Shown here piece after piece: positions 28,201 through 40,200 of a stretch of DNA of 55,994 bases. Source of the stretch: Priapulus caudatus (Eukaryota); the NCBI RefSeq assembly GCF_000485595.1, contig NW_014577086.1, positions 575,864 to 631,857 of the forward strand, given 5' to 3'. The first letter of the stretch is position 1. Every line of letters begins with the position of its first letter. The notes below the pieces were generated by a model. It was not told the DNA's origin. It saw only the letters and a program-made list of their open reading frames with translations, and made no database searches. The position numbers were made by a program, and so were the translations under genes.

Positions 28201-31200
28201 TTTAAGCTTCCTTATCATAGATTTTGCAACATGAATTTGTTGACCTGCGGACTGCCAATTTAAAAGCCACTGTATTGCAACTTTACTAGTGACTGTTAGT
28301 AAAAGTAATAGCTTCATGGTGCTCAGACCCTGCTCTATATATTGACTTCCGGTGTTGTCAAATCAACAATTTGAATTTCATTAGTTACTCCCAAAAGTCA
28401 CTAAAATTACTGGATCATTTTTTCAGCAGCCATAGTTCATGCCTGCCATATTTTCAACAGTCCATTTTCGTACCAAATGGTCAATTTTACTGCCAAAAGC
28501 TAATGGTCATCGGTAATGGTTGACATATTCTTTTCATTTCCGCAATTTTTATTACTACTTATTTTACTTGCCTCATTTTTCATAAAAAAGGTCTATTTCC
28601 TATTCTTTATACAATCTGTTTTATCAAATTTTTCATTTTGATTTTGACTAGGTGCTTGCTTTGCTAGGACACAAATGCTCTAGTCATTTGAGACTCCAAT
28701 TTTCTCAGTCTTAGCTAATAGTCCACTGTCCTATCTCCACAACACAAACTGAAGAGCTTGTGTACCTTCTGTAGGAGAGGGTGTATCTTCTCCACGGGCA
28801 GTACCAGCGGGTTCTTTTTCTTTCCCTTCTGCACGGCATCCTGGGCATCTCCGATCGCCCACTTGTCGATGGGATTTGGAAAGGTCTTCTGCACCCTCTC
28901 CTCCACATCCTGCAAGAAGGGAGCAGAAATGAAATGGCAATATCAGTGGAAAAATGAAGAAATAAAATGCGACAAGATAGATGTTAAATTGACTACGTCA
29001 TTAAATTTCTATGGTGTATATTTGTCAAATTTTTTTTGCAATTTTTTTACATGAAAAGTAAGTACTAACGCAGCGTGCGAGCTTGCCACTCGCCCGCTCG
29101 CCAATGTCGAGTGAAAATAATATCGTGCGAGCGAAAGCTAAAGCTGACTCGCCCATGTTGGCGAGTAAAAATAATTGTCTAGAACTTTAATAAAATGTTG
29201 GTTCCTTACGTTATATATCCAAACATTGATGAAATACAGTTGTAGCGATAGAGCTCCGAAGTGATGACATCACGGTGGCATGACAACGAACCCACTGGTT
29301 CTACACAATCATATATATGCTCTGGTAACATTAACTGCGTGTCGTGTTTTGTACCGGATTGTAACCATCATTTTGAGAGTCATTATTGCAGTTTTTATAG
29401 ATTTCCAAAGGATGGAAGGGAAAAGCAACGAAAAAAAATAAATAATAAATAATAATAAAAAATAAAAAATTAATTAATTAAATATTGTGAGATCGACGTG
29501 CTACCGATGCTTTACCGCTGTCTGCAGCGCAGACACTCGTGTTTCACGTACGCACAACATTTTCACGCAGTTAATGTTATGGAGCCAGTGGGTTGTGTAG
29601 AACCAGTGGGTTCGTTGTCATGCCACCGTGACGTCACACTTCGGTACTCTATTGTGAAAGGCGGCTATCCCACGACATCCTCACTTTATATTATCAAAGG
29701 TCGCCGAAGAAAGCAGCCCGCGAGAGCGTGCAGCGCCAGCACAGCGTAGCTGTGTCTACGTGCCTGGGGCAGCATATTGATTGATGTGCGGGGGGGGGGG
29801 GGGGAGTGCAGTATTGTTTAAAAGTCACCTTGGCGTTTCATTGATGGGGCAAAGCAGCACAAGAATAATTTAAGTAAATTAAATGAAAATGAAAGCAGGA
29901 CCTTTCAGAGGAGATGTGCCTTGAATTTTTGAGAAAAGTCATCAATGAATTACATGTGTAGTTAAATCAATGGTGTTTTTGTTTTTTTTCACTATTGTTT
30001 GACAAGCATTTTTGTTTTAAAATTTGGGCGAGTACAGATTCCGTTTGGGCGAGTTAACTTATAGACTCACTTGCCCAGTTTGGCGAGTGGTTTTTATTTT
30101 AAAGCTCTAACACTGTAACGGGACTAAATGTATCCTCAAATTCTTACCTGATAAGATTGTTTTTCAACTAGTTAAAAATCCAAAAAACCTGGACGATTTG
30201 CTATATTGATCACGACATTAAATGCTTGATATGGCCTATGTATGAGTCATGAGTGTTTGTTCACATAGAACGGAATAGCAAAATAGGAAGTATGATGCAG
30301 TGCTCAATTTAACTATAAAAGTTATCAGAATCTCTTACATTTTGTGAAAAAGTGGGCATAATTTTTTTACTTTTATTATTTACGGTGACGTACTCACAAG
30401 ATTTTTGCCAGGATTCTGAGCCCTAGTGGACCTAGATTGCCGGACGTGTGTACGTGCTTTCTTGACATAAAGCATATATATTTATTACTATCGATAGTCA
30501 AAAGTTTATTAGACTCCTGACATAGCTACATCACACATATCACAGACTTAATTGCGCATTAGTAGATCTGCTCTGATCTAATCAAATAACAAATGTAACT
30601 ACACATTTTCATCTTTTTCTGATCCAGCACCCACTCTTGTTACTTTACCCACCAAACAAACAAATTACTGCCCAATCACACTAGAAGCAAGAAGAAATAG
30701 TGCTGGGCTACATGTCACTACATAGCTAGTTAGATGTGCCCAGAATGCGAGGTTTTTTATTAGTTTGTTTTTATATCCAAACATTCCAAAATCTGTTCTG
30801 GAAGGACATGCCCTTATACCCTTCCCTCAGCATTGCTTCCTGTGTTACCCTTGCACTACATAATGTTGCTGTGTGCATAACTCCACTTAATATCCATATC
30901 ACTCCTACTCACATGTCACTTGCAATAAATAATAGCATTTTTACTAAATATATTATTTATCTTACTTAAAAGGACTTATAATTCATTGTGTATCTCTAAA
31001 GTTCTAAGTTACCTCATTAAATTTTTGCAATTTGGCATCTTGTTTATGGGCACTTAATAAGAATACACACATGATAGGATTCACCTGATTAACTCAATTT
31101 TGGTTTATATATAACCAACACATTATATTTTTAAACACATCTAAAGCCTAAGAGCAACATGATTAATTACACAATTATCAATATTTTATTGGTTTAAATT

Positions 31201-34200
31201 GTACTATAGTATTATACTACTAGTCACTAGTCATTTCTATCCACAATGTCATGGAATCACTTTTTCATTATACACATGGTTTTCATTATTTAAAGTACTA
31301 TTACCAATAAAGACTTTTGCTGAAGGCCATTAAACTTACAAAAGTAGTTTTTCTGCTGACATTAAGACATTCAGTAAAGTTCAAACACTGTCCATACTGT
31401 ATTACTGTATAGCATGCCAATGGGGCGAATTAGAATTTAAACGCTGGGCCTAAATAGGCAGCTAAACTACATTAAGACCTGACAAGAGATGCGGTTGACA
31501 GCACATAGCATTCCTAGTAGCTTCAGAGACAGGGACCTCAATGTAGTTCAGTTGCATCCTCTCTGGACACTGTAGACTATGGTGTACCTGTCTCTGTACC
31601 TATAACATTAGAAAAACATGCAAGAAATCAAAGCAATTTTAACTATTTCAATGCCAAATTCAGGTTGAATGATAATTTCATTAGCTCCAAATTTTAAAGG
31701 CCTCCTTAGGATGAAAAATAGTTTACATATATCAAATTAACTATGTTATGTACACTACTGAGAAGATTTAACAGGTGAATGGTTTTCGGTGTATGAGAAC
31801 AAATATTTTTTGATGTTCAGCGAATGTAAAGAATTTGCTGGAACGCAAAAGCGCCCCCTATCTTTTTTCGCGTGACGTATGTGACTCAGGCGAGGCACTC
31901 GGCGGCTTGTTACCCGTCTGGCCAGCAGTTAAAGCGGTACAATGTGAACAGCCGCGGATTCAGAGTCGGTCTGCTAGACTTATCAGTTTCGTACGATACG
32001 GATAAACAGTCAACAGCATTGGCATGAAGACTGAAAATGAAGTAGATATAGACAATGAAGCTGGAACATGTTGAAGTATAGTTTCATTCAGCCGTACATG
32101 TTTACGCTAATTGGCCAACGAGTTACCCGGCCCATCGTTCATCGATGAATGTTCAAGGGCAACGTCGACGCAGAAAGGAAGACTGCAATTAAGTCGTGCT
32201 GAATGGTGAGTTTAGCTCAGTATTTCATGTAATTTGTAGGTACTAACTCAGGTGCACAAAATGAAAAAATCTTTGCTTGGTTCGTAGCAGGCCAAATAGG
32301 GAACGGGCGGTGTGGCCCCGACTCAATATGTCTATACTGCACAGGCGGTCGTGTGGATAAGATTAAACTATGGCTATCTGCACGGCGGCCGTATGGCCGC
32401 CTCAATATCGGGCTAGGAATTGAGGAAGAAAGGGAGAAACGTGGAAGGAGGAGGTGAGAAGGAGGTAGGGAGATAGGTTGAGCGAGAGGGAAGAAGCTGG
32501 TTGGAGAAGGAGGAGAAGGGAGAAAGAGATCGAGCGTGGTGGAAGGAGGGAGAGCCTGGTGCGAGAAGGAGGAGGGCGGAAAAGGAGCAGGTGGGTGAGA
32601 AGGAGCGGGGAGAAGCGGTTGAGAAGGGGAGGGGGAAAGGGAGAGGTATGGAGAGGGGGAAGGAGAAAGGGGGGAGACGGGAGGGTAAGGTGTGTGGAGG
32701 AAGGGGGAGACAAGCCGGTGAAGGAGATTTTTTTTTTAACAACCGATTATGGCCAACTGTACGTAACTTAGCAATTGCCAAGAAACCTGTATTGCCTAAT
32801 GCTAGGGTTAGACAAGTACCCCAGTATTCACAAAGTATAGCCAATCCCGTCGCACAAGCCTGGAGTCAGGGGTACTGTAAACTGTAAGATTCTCATTCTA
32901 CTACTGACTTTATAATTATAGATGACTAATTATAAAGCAAATAATAGGCCAATAGTGTAAATGTTTTAGCGTAGTGCAAATTATGACAGGACTCTCGTAG
33001 ACATTTACTGCAAGTAAATTAGTAATATATAGTTATTTTACGTGTAAATTGAGGACATTTAGTTTCTTGAGCTCTTTGTATTGTAAGAAACTCAGTGTAT
33101 ATACATAATACAGTATGAGTATCAAATAATTAATATATAGATGCTGTAAGCGTTGTAAACCCTCGCGTCAGTTGAAAAACGTAGGTTGGCAACCGATTTT
33201 ATTGTCTGAGTATATCCTAATCGTGGTTTAATCCGGTAAGTTAAGTCTACATGCATATAATGCATTTTATATCTATATATATATATATATATATAATATA
33301 GTTATAATATATATATCATGCTCATAATAATATATAGACAGTTGGACCTTTATACTTGTATTTATAGATTAGTCGTGATACTGTCAGTTGTATCTGTAAC
33401 AGTTATATCTTGGTTATTATATTATAAGCTACAGTCGAGGATTCTGCTTTGTGCTCATGGCAGTGATGCCAGCTTTTGTGTGGCAGATGCAACACTGGGA
33501 AACACCTTAGCCGTGACACGGTCACAGACGGCGCGTGTTCCCACCCTGGTGGCCGGTTTGGCAGAATAAATGATGTTTCACATTCATAGACCCAACATCA
33601 ACGACGTGTTTTCAATATCACAAGAGGCCAACACAAAAAAATATAACGAAATGAAACTTTTGTAACTTATTAACCCCGTGTTATACTAGCTTCAAGATAA
33701 GTGAAAACATTTGAGACAGTTTAGAGATATCACCTCAAAGAAGGCCTTTAACAGTAAACATTAAATAGAAGATTAATTCTGATAGTTACTATTATTAGCT
33801 GCTATAGTACTATTATTTACTATTATACTATATGATTAGTTACTATTATATGCTGCTCCTACATCTGCAGATTAGTTTTACATTGTGTAACATTGAAATA
33901 CTTCAACCAGCAGCTTCTGAAATTCCCTTATAGTGAAGGTAACCATATTATGTTTTAATAGGGTTTTAAAACCTAACTTGAGCAGCTTGTGCCACTTTTA
34001 AAGAAGTGATAAAAATAGAGCGCTCTATAGTCAAGATTAGCATGCAGGATAAAATTGTTGGGTCAGTTACAAGTATTTCGAATTTTAGTTGTATGTCTAC
34101 ATTCAACATTATAGTTTTCCACAATTGTTAGGTAAACTGCTAAAACCTAAAGTACATTAGCGTCTAGTGTTATTTAATATTAGTTATAAAAAAGTTCTGA

Positions 34201-37200
34201 TTTTTACACAACAGTTTACAATATAAATTTATGAATTAGGATTACTTAAACCATGAATTTATGAATTAGGATTACTTAAACAATGAATTTATGAATTAGG
34301 ATTACTTAAACTATGAATTTATGAATTAGGATTACTTAAACAAGACATTTTAGAATTTTTGTCACAGCCGTCAGATAAGGAATCACAAACTTAAATCTAG
34401 ATCCACTTTAAAATAGGGATAAACACGCACGCACGCACGCACGCACACATTACACAAGTTTGAGGCCCACTGCAACACACAAAATAAGTCTTAACATTAC
34501 AATCAACATTCAAAGGGATACAGTACTACACCCTAGAAATTTAGGGTATATTTATGATAGTTAGTGCACAAATAATAGTAAATATCTACAAATTTCTACA
34601 ACCATGCATTCACAGTCATAAAACAACAGTAAGTTTCCAAATCTTTATTTTTGGCCACTGACATGACACCCCGCGATTATGCTGCCACCCTAACAAAGAA
34701 AATTTATTTTGCACGTTACAGACCGAGGGTTAATCACAAAAGTGCAATTATATTTATACCTACCTACTATTTAACTGAAAAATTTTTATTTTAGGACAAA
34801 TTCGTCCATATTATAATATAATGGAATCTAAAAAGTTGTTTACAAGATATTTCAATCCTTCTCCTTTTAAATGAATTAAGAAACACCCTCGGTCAGTAGC
34901 CTGCAGCCGAAAAGCCCTTTGAAAGTAGATGGGCTAATATAGCTAGTAGTATAGTAGTGGCGCCACCGTCGTTGTAAGTAAAGATACAGCCATTGATTTT
35001 AAAACATGAAAAACAACATTTCTAATGCATATTGAACAATGAAATTTGTATGTAGCGTAATTTTAACTTCTTTTAACACAAAATATGCAAGGAACCTAGG
35101 GCCGTGTATGCCTTTAACTTTTTCTCGTAACTCAAACCTCTATGCACTGTGTATGAGAAACTTGTAATTTTACCATGATACTGTCAATGGCCCGACAGAA
35201 AAAGTTAACGTTAAGACTAATGTCAAGACTAACTTTGTTTCTGAGTGACAATGAACTAGTAAATTGACGGCCACCCAAATGAATGGAACAATATTAAACA
35301 TCGCCATAAAAAATCACGTGTACATGAATCTGTGTCACTAGTTATTGTTTCAATGTTTGTATATAATGTAAGGAAATTGAGGTTTAATTAGTTGTGGATG
35401 TACATGACTCCCTAGAACACGTACACCGGAACCAATTATGAACTTTAATTAACAACGTGTATATATTTCAGGCTTTAAACCTTCCACTGCCATCAAAAAC
35501 CGAACTCCAAATGTTTTGCCATCAATAATTCTGCCGTGCTAGTATTCGCTACCCGACACTTTTCTAGACAAGGAATTTACAGGTAATAATACTATGTTTT
35601 CATATATGTTATTAAACTTCTAGAAACCTTTCAAACTGGATACCTTAACTGTACACCAAGCGGAGCTAGCTGTTTGGGAAATTGATTTATATACTTGGTA
35701 TGATTGACAAGCATCTCTACTAAATAAATGCTGCGATAGGACATGCCATTGCCAAGTACAAATTACTTGTACTACAATGCTAATAGCATAAATACATGTA
35801 TATGCCAGATTGCCAGTCAATAATTTGAAAAACACTTACAAACTCTTATAGCTCAACCAACCTAGCAACAATATACAAGAAGGGTATGGTTAACTCGATC
35901 AGGGGAATAGGTCAACGAGCTTCATTTCGACAATAAGATGTACTTCAGGTGCTAGATACAATAATGTAACCCAACAAGAGTAGGGTTACAACGCGAGCTT
36001 ATTCTTTTCTTTGGAGGAGCCCCTGAGTGATTCACTCAGGGCCGTTTTATGGTGCGTTTTTCGAGACTAGAACTTCCAAACTGGGTTTATTCTAAACACG
36101 AATGTTTCTCCGCTATCCTGGGACTTACTATGTACGCAGTGGCTCCTCGTCCGGAACCGGTCGCGTAGCTNNNNNNNNNNNNNNNNNNNNNNNNNNNNNN
36201 NNNNNNNNNNNNNNNNNNNNNNNNNNNNNNNNNNNNNNNNNNNNNNNNNNNNNNNNNNNNNNNNNNNNNNNNNNNNNNNNNNNNNNNNNNNNNNNNNNNN
36301 NNNNNNNNNNNNNNNNNNNNNNNNNNNNNNNNNNNNNNNNNNNNNNNNNNNNNNNNNNNNNNNNNNNNNNNNNNNNNNNNNNNNNNNNNNNNNCAAATTA
36401 CTGCCCAATCACACTAGAAGCAAGAAGTCTTTTCTTTAGTCACTAGTCATTTCTATCCACAATGGCATGGAATCACTTTTTCATTATATACATGGTTTTC
36501 ATTATTTAAAGTACTATTACCAATAAAGACTTTTGCTGAAGGCCATTAAACATACAAAAGTAGTTTTTCTGCTGACATTAAGACATTCAGTAAAATTCAA
36601 ACACTGTCCATACTCTATTACTGTATAGCAATGGGGCGAATTAGAATTTAAATCTGGGCCTAAAGTAGCACTAAACTACATTATACCTGAAAGAGATGCG
36701 GTTGACAGGCACATAGCATTCCTAGTAGCTTCAGAATCAGGGACTCAATGTAGTTCAGTGCATCCTCTCTGGAACTTAGACTATGGTGTACCTGTCTCTG
36801 TACCTATAACATTAGAAAAACATGCAAGAAATCAAAGCATTTTTAACTATTTCAATGCAAATTCAGGTTGATGATAATTTCATTAGCTCAAATTTTTAAC
36901 AGTAAACATTAAATAGAAGATTAATTCTGATAGTTACTATTATTAGCTGCTATATTAGCTGCTATTATTAGCTACTATTATTAGCTGCTATAGTACTATT
37001 ATTTACTATTATACTATATGATTAGTTACTATTATATGCGGGTTTTAAAACCTAACTTGAGCAGCTTGTGCCACTTTTAAAGCAGTGATAAAAATAGAGC
37101 GCTCTATNNNNNNNNNNCGTTGTTTAACTGATGAGTGATACACAGTTATCTAGTTACGTAGCTAGCTAGTAAGCTGTTAGCTGTATCTGTGCAACAGTGT

Positions 37201-40200
37201 TGTTTAGCTGATGAGTGATACACAGTTAGTTACGTAGCTAGCTAGCCTAGCTGTTAGCTGTATCTGTGTAACAGTGTTGTTTAACTGATGAGTGATACAC
37301 AGTTATCTAGTTACGTAGCTAGCTAGTAAGCTGTTAGCTGTATCTGTGCAACAGTGTTGTTTAACTGATGAGTGATACACAGTTTACTAGTTACGTAGCT
37401 AGCTAGCCTAGCTGTTAGCTGTATCTGTGCAACAGTGTTGTTTAACTGATGAGTGATACACAGTTATCTAGTTACGTAGCTAGCTAGTATAGCTGTTAGC
37501 TGTATCTGTGCAACAGTGTTGTTTAGCTGATGAGTGATACACAGTTATCTAGTTACGTAGCTAGCTAGTATAGCTGTTAGCTGTATCTGTACAACAGTGT
37601 TGTTTAGCTGATGAGTGATATACAGTTAGTTACGTATCCTGCTAGCATCGTTGTTAGCTGTATCTGTGTTGTTTAATTAATTAGTGATTAGCTGATAATG
37701 AGTTGCTTCGTTACAGCTGAGCTGGAGGAAGCACAGATGGAGGCGGTACAATACGTCGGCAAGATCACCGAGCTGGAGGGTAAGACCAGGGTTCGTAGCG
37801 GGTCTTCCAAAGTCTTCTTGACGTACGCATTCCCAATGCGTATAGCGTTCGGCTAACTTCGGCTCCAAGATTGAATGCATCATGGGATGCCTGCTGTCAG
37901 TCATGACGTCACCAGAGCCAGCATGTCAGGCAACACAGGAGCCGAAGCAGGTCTCGAATTAACCGACGGTACCGACGACACTGGCCGTCTGTGCCCCTAT
38001 CAATCGCCGTACTGCGCCTGAAAATCCAACCCGACCGACGGCAGTCACCTGCCTTGCCCTTTTGTGTAATTGCCGTCGGTGCCCTTTAATCTACTGCCCT
38101 AGTTTCGTTTTTAGTCGAGTCAACATAACGCACGTGCGTGCGTGTGCTGTAGTTGCAATGATGAGCTTGAAACCGATAGTCGCAGGAGGGAATAATAACA
38201 GCATCGGATAATTATTCGCTCCTGATAGCGGGCATGTAAAATTTCTTGTTACTGTACTTCCATTAGCAGACGGGGGTACAGGGGTCGGTGTTACGGTGTA
38301 AGCTTACATGGGGGCATATTGTTTTGTACATTAAAAGCAAGCCGATGCTGATGTACTAATTTGTTATGAGTTTTCCTTTATTTTAGAAAAGTGCCTTGGT
38401 GCCCTTCTCAAATGTTGAGAGTTGCCTTGGTGCCTTTTAAAATTGCCTCTGTACCCTTCCATTTTAGAGAAAATTCAAGGCGATTTCTCACATGCCCTAA
38501 AAAAATTGCCTTGCCCTTCTCATCGCTTAATTCGAGCCCTGAGCAGAAGGTAGCCGAATGCTACCCACCTTGGAAATGCGTACGTCACAGGTCAACAGAA
38601 ATGGCGCTCGAAATATCGCCGCTCGTCACTTCGAAACTTTTTAACAGATTATATTAGGTTAATACAGAGTATTGTGATACATAGTAAGTCCCAGGATAGC
38701 AGAGAAAGGTTCGTGTTTACAATAAGCCCAGTTTGGAAGTTCTAGTCTCGAAAAACGCACCATAAAACTGCCCTGAGTGAATCACTCAGGGGCTCATTCA
38801 AAGAAAAAAATAGGCTCGCGTTGTAACCCTACTCTTGTTGGGTTACATTATTGTATCTATTCAGCTCACAGGCACTTGAAGCGTTTCAATAAAATATAAT
38901 GCTAACTAAATACGAAATCTATTTACTACCAAATTCTTAATGTTTCTATACTCTCTTTCACCTATTATTGCCGACAGTTTCCTGAAAATTCCGTCCAAAT
39001 CCTACGTGCAACCATATACGCTGCCGGCACCATTGCTCGCGTGGCTCCACTGTTGCACGCTTACAAGTTAATATATATAGCAGGTAGGAAAGCGGGATCG
39101 CAAAATTCGTTGTTTCTATGTCAAGAACAGTGTTCACTTGTTATAAAAACATACTGTCTCTGTTCATCACACAAAGACTGACGAAATTCTCGCGTTCGCG
39201 AACCTTCCACAGTAATGTAAATGGCTGTCAGAATCAGGAAACACATACCGGCGCTCTTTGTGACCTCATTCTTGCGCCACAACGCTGCAACGTTTTTGTA
39301 ACGTTCCAATGGCGAGGCTCGTACGAGAGTTGGAAAGCAGTGTGCCGCCTGCACGCCGCCTATAGTCCATAAACTGGCACTCGCTCCCACCTCTCGGCTT
39401 AGCTTAGTCACTCGATGGGTAATCGAGGTGGGAGCGAGTCCCAGTCTATATAGCCCGCCCCTGATTCTGACAGCCATTTACATTACTGTGGAAGGTTCGC
39501 GAATGCGAGAATTTCGTCAGTCTTTGTGTGATTTTGCGTGACACAGCTCGGTTAAGAACAGAGACAGTATGTTTTTATAACAAGTGAACACTGTTCTTGA
39601 CATAGAAACAAAGATGGCAGCTGTTGGATGTGTATTAGTGCTGTGAAAGTGTGAAATCCAGCGAGCGTCAAGCGAATTTTGCGATCCCGCTTTCCTACCT
39701 GCTATATATATTAGTGTAAGCGTGCAACAGTGGAGCCGCGAGAGCAATGGCGCCGGCAGCGTGATATTGGATCTGCCACGTTAGATTTGGGACGGAATTT
39801 ACAGGAAACTGTCGGCAAATAATAAGTGAAAGAGAGTATAGAAACATGAAGAATTTGGTAGTAAATAGATTTCGTATTTAGTTAGCATTATATTTTATTG
39901 AAACGCTTCAAGTGCCTGTGATTCAGGTGCAAGCAATGCCAACTAACCAGTAAGGGTACCGGTTACCTACCACTGACAATATCATACTCACGGGCACTTG
40001 GAACGTCTCAATAAAAAAAAAGAAGGTAAATAAACACGAAATGTACCAGTCTTAATGTTTCTCTACTATATTTCGCCTATAATCACCTGTAAATGCCAGT
40101 CAAATGCTCGATGCAACACACAAGTACACCGAACGCCAGCCCGCGCTGTGCTGCGTGCACAAACAACATGAATAAGAGAGCAGGTAGGAAAGCGGGATTG

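Larger units (their letters stand above)
35953..38859. mobile_element. AcademH-like non-autonomous TIR element (spans two gaps)
   Basis: About 183-bp TIRs TAGATACAATAATGTAACCC...; 9-bp TSD TTCAGGTGC, with the right copy split by a later insertion. Confidence 0.7.

Noticed and set aside
32402..32887. Four overlapping ORFs in a purine-rich tract
   Set aside because: Low-complexity sequence inside the Kolobok-like element; no transposase motifs
36067..36446. ORFs spanning N runs (also 42010-42673)
   Set aside because: Artefacts of assembly gaps
37118..37676. Regular repeat array resembling a CRISPR
   Set aside because: Units repeat end to end without unique spacers; eukaryotic intron context and no cas genes
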